Below are positions 31,719 through 38,610 of a stretch of 64,000 nucleotides of DNA, piece after piece. Every line of letters begins with the position of its first letter. Within the stretch, counting starts at the first letter, position 1. The notes under the pieces are model-generated. The model did no database searches. It was not told the DNA's origin and worked only from the letters and a program-made list of their open reading frames with translations. The position numbers and the translations under genes were made by a program. The DNA is from a bacterium (lineage in GTDB: Bacteria > Babelota > Babeliae > Babelales > UBA12409): assembly GCA_021823685.1 (NCBI GenBank), contig JAKANL010000003.1:18189-82188 (forward strand), in the 5' to 3' direction.

Positions 31719-32753
31719 TTAAACCGCTTGCGCAGATTGCGCTTTAACTAATTTTGCTTTCAATACTTCTTGAAGCTTTGGTATCGCACCTAGATCCCTC
31801 CACGCAATGACCTTTTCTACTTGAAGACTCGCGCGATCAAGATCACGGACTTCCCAGCCAAAAGCGCGCGCATCTTCTTGATAGAGTGAACGAATAGCGG
31901 CCACTCGTTGCGTAAGGGTTGCGGGTGTACGATCATCACGCTCAATCTTTTGGAGCGCATCAATTACTTTAGGCGCCACGCTTAAGGCCAAGGCCAATTC
32001 GCGCAATGTCCATCTGCGTGCTTCGCTCACCGCTTCGCGTTTATTTTTTTCAACCATTATGCTTGAAAGGCCAGTAAGTCCCATCGCCACAGCAAGAAAA
32101 CCAGTGTGCGGACAATGCATCTGCCCAGCGCGCGCTAAAAACCAATTAGTTGTCACGTCAACAGGCACTTCAATGCCAACCGCTAAGGCTTTGCCCCAAA
32201 AGGCATATTTTGCCAGTGGGCCATAACCCATAGCAACGCCCGTTGCGGCATGAATAAGCGCGGGCACCAACTCATTGCCCCCAAATGCATCCTCTGCCGA
32301 CGCTGCTAATGTGGTAGCTAAAAGTATTGAGACAACGAGGGTGTTTCGCGTTCCCTGCGATAAGCCGCGCCAGGAATCGGTGATATGGTTCCCGCACGAA
32401 TGCATACTTTCTCTGACACGCTGCCAGCAGCTTGGGCTTGGCCGAGCGGCATCACGATGCACCACGACAATCGGCGTTTTGGTCGGAGAAGATTCAACAA
32501 CGCTCGTATTAGGCATAGCTAAAGCGGCAGATGGTGCAGCAGCACCAGAACCCATGTCGCTCATTTCAACAGCAGGCGCTGCTAAAAGAGGCCTTCTAAA
32601 TTCGCTCGCCCAACCGGACTTTTTGCCCTTGCTATCGAAACGCTCCATGCCGATTAATGGCACAAAAGCCAGACAGAGCATGGCGTATAAGACGTGACGA
32701 GAATTCATCGAGCCTCCATTTATGAATACTTCTTTAGTTCCAATAATTCCCAT
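31719..32753 (-). CDS. hypothetical secreted membrane protein (family member 4)
   Basis: 344-aa ORF with N-terminus MGIIGTKEVFINGGSMNSRHVLYAMLCLAFVPLIGMER. Paralog of 28856-29761 and 29748-31331. The upstream ~130 nt are also duplicated. Confidence 0.65.
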   Translation of the reverse strand: MGIIGTKEVFINGGSMNSRHVLYAMLCLAFVPLIGMERFDSKGKKSGWASEFRRPLLAAPAVEMSDMGSGAAAPSAALAMPNTSVVESSPTKTPIVVVHRDAARPSPSCWQRVRESMHSCGNHITDSWRGLSQGTRNTLVVSILLATTLAASAEDAFGGNELVPALIHAATGVAMGYGPLAKYAFWGKALAVGIEVPVDVTTNWFLARAGQMHCPHTGFLAVAMGLTGLSSIMVEKNKREAVSEARRWTLRELALALSVAPKVIDALQKIERDDRTPATLTQRVAAIRSLYQEDARAFGWEVRDLDRASLQVEKVIAWRDLGAIPKLQEVLKAKLVKAQSAQAV

Positions 32754-32894
32754 AGATACATCCTAATAAAATATTCAATTTGTCGGTTTAGAATCGGATT
32801 TAATTTAAAATAAGCAAAATAAATAATGCGTTTTTTGCTCCAACGTTAAGTATGAAAGAGGCTAAAATATTGTCAATAACTGGCCAAACGACCA

Positions 32895-33070
32895 GAATTT
32901 GCGAAAGCCACCCAAGCCGGACATTCTTCGCCATACTACGGCGGGCAGGCTTGGCCAAAGCGCATGTATAATGGGCGGCTGCGAAGTGCCAACAGGCCTG
33001 CCCGGTGAAGCTTTTACTCCGCTCGTCGAGCTTCGAAAAACAAGCAAGCGAAGTCGGGCGCGAATGCCAA
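32895..33070. repeat. GC-rich palindromic intergenic repeat cluster, copy R4
   Basis: Contains TGAAGCTTTTACTCCGCTCGTCGAGCTTCGAAAAACAAG (33007-33044), the same unit as 27379-27417 and rc 15412-15450. Confidence 0.65.
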
Positions 33071-33208
33071 ATTTCATAAAAAATTAACCCTTCAGCATGC
33101 TCCACAAATCCTGATTCTTACGTGCGCCCATTTTTACACAAGAGTGGCGATTGGCTCCATGGCAATATTGGGTTTTTTGTTGTTAAACCAAATTGCCGTT
33201 ACTGTGCT

Positions 33209-33238
33209 TGAATAATTTTTTGGCTATGTGTTAAGCTG
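33209..33238 (+). promoter_or_regulatory. candidate promoter TTGAAT-18-TAAGCT of the Hint/E3 toxin gene
   Basis: TTGAAT 33209-33214, 18-nt spacer, TAAGCT 33233-33238. The surrounding ATAATTTTTTGGCTATGTGTTAAGCTGCC closely matches 57156-57182 (ATATTTTTTGGCAATGAGCTAAGCTGTC). Confidence 0.4.
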
Positions 33239-33277
33239 CCGTGGGTTTTTATCACAGCATCTTTTTTTTGGAGAATT

Positions 33278-34435
33278 GTGGTGAAGTGGGCAGTAGTATT
33301 TGCGGCCTTAAGTACCGCCAAGTGTTTGTTGGGAGATGGATTTTGCGCAGGGACGCATGTTAAAACGCCTGGTGGTTATGCCGCGATTGAACAGATTAAA
33401 CAAAAAGATCTCATTATTGGTTTTGATGCACGGCTCGGCGTATGCGCACCTTGCATCGTAAATGCGATTAACAAAAAACGTGTGAATCAAGTTATTAGGC
33501 TGACCACTGGGGGGCAAGAGCTCTATGTTGGATGCCAGCAGCGATTTTTGTGCCTGAACCAAAGAAGAAATGATCTGAAGCGCTGGTTGATTTGGACAAA
33601 GGTGCGTGATCTTAAACGGGGTATGCGGCTATTGAGCGCGAATAAAATCAGCGTTTGTGTTGATACCGTTCAGCGTATGGCCAGGCCGATAGATGTATAT
33701 GAGTTAAGTGTAGCTGGGGCGCATACGTATATTGTAACTGAACATGATCTTGTTGCGCACAATGTCGCTCCCATTGTAATTCCCTTTGTTTATACCGTCG
33801 GAGAGGGCGTAACAATTGCCTGGGGAGCTGCGGCGGCGTTGCTTGGATATGCGACGATCCATCACGCTGTAGGAAACCGCTGTGATACGTCAGGATTATG
33901 CGGACCACACACGGTTGATGAAATACAAAATCATCAGGACAATTGGAGTCGCTTAGTCCGCGAGCGAACGATCAGCGCTGATCGTTCTAAACTGCACTTG
34001 TGCTATGGTGGCAGTAATGGAGGGCCAGATCGCAATAATAAGTCGCCATGTAATCCCAATAAGGGAAAAAATAAAAATCCTCAGCAGCCATCGGATCCGA
34101 ATAATGCGCGTAATAAAAATCAAAGGCAAGGGCCGAAAAATGTAAACTCAAGACAAGTTGCTGCCAAAGAACGTAAATTTAATACGATGGAAAGGGCGGA
34201 GGTTTTTCGGAAAGGTAAATTTAAGCAAGACTATAAAACGTGCAAAAACGGCCGTTATGTAAAAAAAACCGGTGTCGAAGGATTTGGGAAAAGAGCGCAA
34301 TATTTAGAGTGGGATAATTTTCATAAAGATATGGAAATGTATGATAAATTTGGCCGGCATCAAGGATGTATAGAGCCGATTACTGAAAAAATATATAAAC
34401 CAGCCGTACCTGGCCGAACGATTAATGTAAGGTAA
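33278..34435 (+). CDS. Hint-domain polymorphic toxin with colicin-E3-like 16S rRNase C-terminal domain
   Basis: 385 aa. Signal-like N-terminus, then Hint blocks GFCAGTHVKTPGGYAAIEQIKQKDLIIGFD ... YELSVAGAHTYIVTEHDLVAHN, then a hydrophobic segment and an Asn/Lys/Pro-rich linker. The C-terminus ...KRAQYLEWDNFHKDMEMYDKFGRHQGCIEPITEKIYKPAVPGRTINV aligns with the colicin E3 end ...KIYEWDSQHGELEGYRASDGQHLGSFDPKTGNQLKGPDPKRNIKKYL recalled from memory. The D, H and E of the catalytic WD..H...E string are retained. Confidence 0.8.
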   Translation: MVKWAVVFAALSTAKCLLGDGFCAGTHVKTPGGYAAIEQIKQKDLIIGFDARLGVCAPCIVNAINKKRVNQVIRLTTGGQELYVGCQQRFLCLNQRRNDLKRWLIWTKVRDLKRGMRLLSANKISVCVDTVQRMARPIDVYELSVAGAHTYIVTEHDLVAHNVAPIVIPFVYTVGEGVTIAWGAAAALLGYATIHHAVGNRCDTSGLCGPHTVDEIQNHQDNWSRLVRERTISADRSKLHLCYGGSNGGPDRNNKSPCNPNKGKNKNPQQPSDPNNARNKNQRQGPKNVNSRQVAAKERKFNTMERAEVFRKGKFKQDYKTCKNGRYVKKTGVEGFGKRAQYLEWDNFHKDMEMYDKFGRHQGCIEPITEKIYKPAVPGRTINVR

Positions 34436-34438
34436 TGT

Positions 34439-35647
34439 ATGAAGAAAATCGACATTCTGGATAAATTGTACAAAAAAATGATCACGCAGAGAGAGGCTGA
34501 GGCCATTTATGTAGACGTTTTTGATAAATTCAATCGAGGGATATTAAAAACTGATCCGGTAAAACTTTTATGTTTATCCCATAAAGAGAAAATTGCGATT
34601 CGGCTGCATGATATATCGCTTAAAGTCTTGGCAAAATGGCGGTATGAGGGTTGGCCAAAAACCTGCGCCATTTGCGATAAACCTGTGGCGATAGGAAAAG
34701 TTGATTGGTGCGTCTTTGAGCGAAAGAAAATTGGCGGTAAAATGCGCAGCGAGGTGGTTATGCATGGGGATTGTTACTCAGCAATGCCCACCCCGAAAAA
34801 GGCATCGCAAGATCTCTACGAGATTTTTGATCGAGCGTGTGCGAAGGCCTCTGATGAACGATTGATGCGCCTTTTAGCGCGATTTAAAAAAATGGATTAC
34901 CTTGCAGCTCCCATCATTTTTGATCTCATTTGTGCAAAAAGAATCAGAGTTCTTAAATTATTGCATGAGCAACACGTACCATTTTCTTATTTGGCTTCTT
35001 CTGGTGGTAACGCACTTCACGCCGCCTGTGGCATTTCAGGCAGCCTTGAGGCGGTAAAATTTTTAATCAAAAATAATATTCTTACGGATATTAATGCCGA
35101 ATGCGATGATGGAGAAACGCCATTTCTTTTGGCTGTGATGTACAATCACATGGATATTGTTGAGTATTTTTTTGAACATTTTACTCCGAATGTAACCATT
35201 TCCACACTTCATGGTGATACACCGCTTTCACTTGCCAAAAAAAATGGCAACACACTATTATACGCTCTTATCACAGCGCATTTGCCAGAAACAAGTACGC
35301 CGATTTTAAAATTAAGTAGAAATGAGCTCAAACACGCTTTCGAAGGTGTATTGGCCATATTAATCGACGACGACATAAAGGAAATTGAATTTCCGGACAG
35401 AGCAATCTATTTTTGTCGGATCTTGAACAAAAAAGATGAAAATGACGGCTCGCCCGAATCAAACATTGTTGGATCATTAAGCGAAGATATGGCATCGCTT
35501 AAAGAAAGTATACATGGTAAAAAAGGATGGTTTGAATTAGACATCGAACGCTTTGGAGCGATACTTCTTGCACTTGGTGCACGAGTAAAAAGTACATATC
35601 CCAAACGCAGAGCACGGGTGTCTGGGCGTAAGATTGACGTGAGATAA
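34439..35647 (+). CDS. ankyrin-repeat protein; candidate immunity partner of the E3-like toxin
   Basis: 402-aa ORF starting 3 nt after the toxin stop. Middle ANK repeats (GGNALHAACGISGSLEAVKFLIKNN...DGETPFLLAVMYNHMDIVEYFF...HGDTPLSLAKKNGNTLL). The N-terminal ~130 aa are unassigned and carry C..C/H..C pairs. Confidence 0.75.
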   Translation: MKKIDILDKLYKKMITQREAEAIYVDVFDKFNRGILKTDPVKLLCLSHKEKIAIRLHDISLKVLAKWRYEGWPKTCAICDKPVAIGKVDWCVFERKKIGGKMRSEVVMHGDCYSAMPTPKKASQDLYEIFDRACAKASDERLMRLLARFKKMDYLAAPIIFDLICAKRIRVLKLLHEQHVPFSYLASSGGNALHAACGISGSLEAVKFLIKNNILTDINAECDDGETPFLLAVMYNHMDIVEYFFEHFTPNVTISTLHGDTPLSLAKKNGNTLLYALITAHLPETSTPILKLSRNELKHAFEGVLAILIDDDIKEIEFPDRAIYFCRILNKKDENDGSPESNIVGSLSEDMASLKESIHGKKGWFELDIERFGAILLALGARVKSTYPKRRARVSGRKIDVR

Positions 35648-35799
35648 CGCGTGTTTTTTTGCGATAGGTTTGCCTTTTAACAAGTGTCGCCGCTTTAAAA
35701 TAATTTTTTGGCAAAACGTGATTTGATTAGAAATGATGGAATAAGTGATATTCCAAGAAAATTTGGTTCTGAAATGGGTTTATGTAAGGCGGGATAAGA

Positions 35800-36006
35800 A
35801 TGAAACATTTGACAGAAGTTCAAGCTTTCAATGCAATGATAAAATTTTTAGAACTTTATTATGAGAGAACATTGTCTGATGATATAGGCTCCTTGTTGGG
35901 TGATCTGCAATTTTTGAAAGATGGCAAAACAGCTGATCCAGCGGCTTGGCAAGATTGGAGCAATTGTATTTGCGAAGTTTTAGAAAAAAGCAAAAAACAG
36001 GCGTGA
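35800..36006 (+). CDS. small conserved-looking hypothetical protein (68 aa)
   Basis: MKHLTEVQAFNAMIKFLELYYERTLSDDIGSLLGDLQFLKDGKTADPAAWQDWSNCI... The LG.L....DG...DPA.W.DW pattern recalls a widespread small helical family of unknown function. Confidence 0.5.
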   Translation: MKHLTEVQAFNAMIKFLELYYERTLSDDIGSLLGDLQFLKDGKTADPAAWQDWSNCICEVLEKSKKQA

Positions 36007-36138
36007 TTTGTCTGATTGCTGCCATTAACAAATTTTACAAAAGAGTAATTACGTCCCATGGTGTCATGAGGTTCTTTTGCTATACTTAAATAGGGGTTTA
36101 AAGAACTGTGAAAACATGTTTTTAGGCATGGAGTTCCC

Positions 36139-37236
36139 ATGAATTTTCGTATTTTCTTTTTAGCGGCCGGCTTGTTTTTTGCTCCGGCGATGGGCATGTT
36201 TAAGTGTTGCATGTCCAGAAAACGTGCGGCCGATTATCACTCATTTGATTCGGCGACGCCATTAAGGGCCGAGCGTGCTGAACAGCCTCAGGCGAATATT
36301 ATTGTATCTACTCATGTCAAGCCTGATTTTACAAAAATGTTAGCCATTGTGAGAGCATTGTTCCCAAGAGCAGATACCCCTACAGCACTTAATTATGTAA
36401 AAATTCTAGCCTCGGGGCGGACTCAGCCTGTGCCAGTGTTTACTAAAGCGTTGATACCCTGCGAGCTCATATTTGGCAAATCGATTGCTGTTCGTTCTTC
36501 CGTTACTCACAACTATGGCAGCCCGGCGGTAAGCGCTGCGGCGTTGACCGCTGAGCAATGGAGAAAAATTGATATTGCTCTTGTGGAAGAGGGGAGAGAT
36601 GCCGCGTTGGCAATCATTATGAGTACCGGTGTCGATGTTGATGAAGCTGATCGCATACTTGTACAAATTGGCAAACAGCCACTCCGCGCACGATCAACCC
36701 CCCCACAAGCACATGCTGAAAGAAATTCTGACATAGAAAAATTAAATCAGCTTTATTCGGAAGGTTCGGCCGCTAAACCAGAAACGCGGGCATCCACTGC
36801 AAGGCGTGCGCCGTTGACTGCGGAGCAGTTGGCAAAAATTGAGGCTGCCCTCGCGAAAAATAACGCGGATGATGCGCTAGCCATTATTATGAGTGCTGGT
36901 ATCGGATTTGAGGAAGCTGACCGCATGCTTGCGCAAATAGGCAAAGAGCCAACTCGCACACCATCAATGCCGCTACGAGCACACGCTGGGGGAAGTTCAG
37001 GCATAGAAAGTGATCAGCTTTCTCGAGAAAGTTCGGCTGGCGGGTCCGAAACGCGGGCATCCACTGCAAGGCGTGCGCCACTGACTGCCGAGCAGCTAAC
37101 AAAAATTGAAGCGGCTCTCACTGAAAGTAGCGTAGACGCTGCATTGGCCGGCATTATGAACGCTGGCATCGAATTTGAAGAAGCTAACCGTATGCTTGTG
37201 CAAATGGGCAAAAAGTCGGTTCAGCCATTGTCATAG
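36139..37236 (+). CDS. hypothetical secreted protein with three ~75-aa tandem repeats
   Basis: 365 aa with signal-like MNFRIFFLAAGLFFAPAMG. Repeats LTAEQ(W/L).KI(D/E)-AL...DAALAIIMS.G...EEADR(I/M)L.QIGK occur three times (about 36535-36700, 36805-36950, 37085-37215). Confidence 0.6.
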   Translation: MNFRIFFLAAGLFFAPAMGMFKCCMSRKRAADYHSFDSATPLRAERAEQPQANIIVSTHVKPDFTKMLAIVRALFPRADTPTALNYVKILASGRTQPVPVFTKALIPCELIFGKSIAVRSSVTHNYGSPAVSAAALTAEQWRKIDIALVEEGRDAALAIIMSTGVDVDEADRILVQIGKQPLRARSTPPQAHAERNSDIEKLNQLYSEGSAAKPETRASTARRAPLTAEQLAKIEAALAKNNADDALAIIMSAGIGFEEADRMLAQIGKEPTRTPSMPLRAHAGGSSGIESDQLSRESSAGGSETRASTARRAPLTAEQLTKIEAALTESSVDAALAGIMNAGIEFEEANRMLVQMGKKSVQPLS

Positions 37237-37356
37237 CAAACGAGTTAAAGCGTTTGATAAAAATGATTTCGCATACGCTGGGAAGCTTCAGCAAATTTTC
37301 CGGCGGTACGGGCTTGTGGCGTGTTTAAACCAACCGATTATTTTTTGTCCATCGGT

Positions 37357-37776
37357 TCAAGAAGCACTATTGGCGCTAAGAATACGCGTTATTTCTGCGT
37401 CATTATGTATCGCATAAACGCGGTAATCATCACCATCTTGCGTAATAAGTATTTTTGGCGGTTGTTGCGCGTAAACGGTTTTCCATTGCTCAAGAAGAGA
37501 AATGAATGACTGAACTGGAATTGAATATTCTTCATTCTCAGTTTCAGACCATTCATATGAGAGTTTAACTACCTTTCCATCCATTTCGTAGCACATGTCA
37601 TAAACCTGAACAAAACTTTCTTGTGGATTGCGTGCCCACGCAATAAAATCGTCGGCATCATATCTGACAATACCCCTCAAAAAATGCGCAGCAGCACAAA
37701 GCGATAACGAGGTTGCCTCGTTATCTTCAATGGTATAGCTTATGATTTCTGATTTTTTCAAAATAATGTAACTCAT
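37357..37776 (-). CDS. candidate immunity protein of the orphan EndoU module
   Basis: 139-aa ORF whose ATG abuts the stop of the orphan toxin module. The C-terminus ...SFISLLEQWKTVYAQQPPKILITQDGDDYRVYA distantly parallels ...LEKLIIDWLKLVESGAKEITIESQDDEHYTI of immunity copies 1-3. Confidence 0.55.
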   Translation of the reverse strand: MSYIILKKSEIISYTIEDNEATSLSLCAAAHFLRGIVRYDADDFIAWARNPQESFVQVYDMCYEMDGKVVKLSYEWSETENEEYSIPVQSFISLLEQWKTVYAQQPPKILITQDGDDYRVYAIHNDAEITRILSANSAS

Positions 37777-38229
37777 TTATACGACTGCCTTAAAATTTTC
37801 TTCCCAGGGATAAACCGTAATAACTTTACCGTTTCTAATGCATGTTACAATAACCATCCCATCATTTGTCTTCCCCATAAAAATTCCCGTCTTGCTCTCA
37901 TAGGAAATCTCATTATTCCATGATTCAACAATTTTTTTGGCGAGTCCATCCATGGTCCACTGCGACGGAAAAAGCGTAGCCTTTGGTTTTATAACATCGC
38001 CTATTTTTAATTTACATAAAACAGCTCCACTTGAGTGTACTTTTGGTTCGATCAGTTGAACTTTACCAGCTTTTTGCAATGCGCCATTCTGATCCCAGTG
38101 AAATCCAAAAATTTTAGTTTTGCGTTTGGCCGGATTATAGCGTACATCGGCAGCGAGGATGTGCCACAGATCAATGGATGCTATCTTAACGGGTAACTGA
38201 GGCTGCTGTGCAACAGTTATAACATGTGC
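37777..38229 (-). pseudogene. orphan EndoU-like toxin C-terminal module without a canonical start
   Basis: The frame is open from the TGA at 38232-38230 down to 37777 and reads AHVITVAQQPQLPVKIASIDLWHILAADVRYNPAKRKTKIFGFHWDQNGALQKAGKV...KATLFPSQWTMDGLAKKIVESW...GMVIVTCIRNGKVITVYPW. That is a complete divergent EndoU-type pattern. The only start-like codon is a TTG at 38079, inside the domain. Confidence 0.6.
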
Positions 38230-38241
38230 TCAAGTTAACCG

Positions 38242-38610
38242 CTATTTTCCCGTTATCGCGTAGTGCTCGTCATCCTGACTCTCGATGGTAATCTCTTTTG
38301 CGCCCGATGCGACGAGCTTGAGCCAGCCGATCAAAATCTTTTCAAGCTCACTTTCTTTGATGGTGAATGAGGGCCCATCTTCTTCGAATTCGTAACTTAG
38401 CTTTATATAACCATCATGGCGTTCAAGAGTAATAAGATTTCCTCCAGCAGAATCCCAATCTTTATTTTTTTGTAAGAACTCGAGGCTGTATTCGAGAAAA
38501 TCGGGGCAATCACCAACTAAAAATAGCATTAAAAATCCAAAGCCCGCTTCAGGCTCTTCTTTGGGTTTCCAATAGCCCGACTTACTTTCAAATAGAACCA
38601 TTTTTTTCAT
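38242..38610 (-). CDS. candidate cognate immunity protein (copy 2)
   Basis: 122-aa ORF with ATGA overlap with toxin copy 2. Its C-terminal half is near-identical to copies 1 and 3; its N-terminal half is diverged. Confidence 0.7.
   Translation of the reverse strand: MKKMVLFESKSGYWKPKEEPEAGFGFLMLFLVGDCPDFLEYSLEFLQKNKDWDSAGGNLITLERHDGYIKLSYEFEEDGPSFTIKESELEKILIGWLKLVASGAKEITIESQDDEHYAITGK

Noticed and set aside
36500-37236. UBA/CUE-like ubiquitin-binding interpretation of the three helical repeats (…AIIMSAGIGFEEADRML…)
   Set aside because: The Gly-Phe loop is suggestive, but helix order and spacing do not fit the UBA consensus as I remember it. Without a profile or structure comparison the claim is unsupported, so only the repeat architecture is reported.
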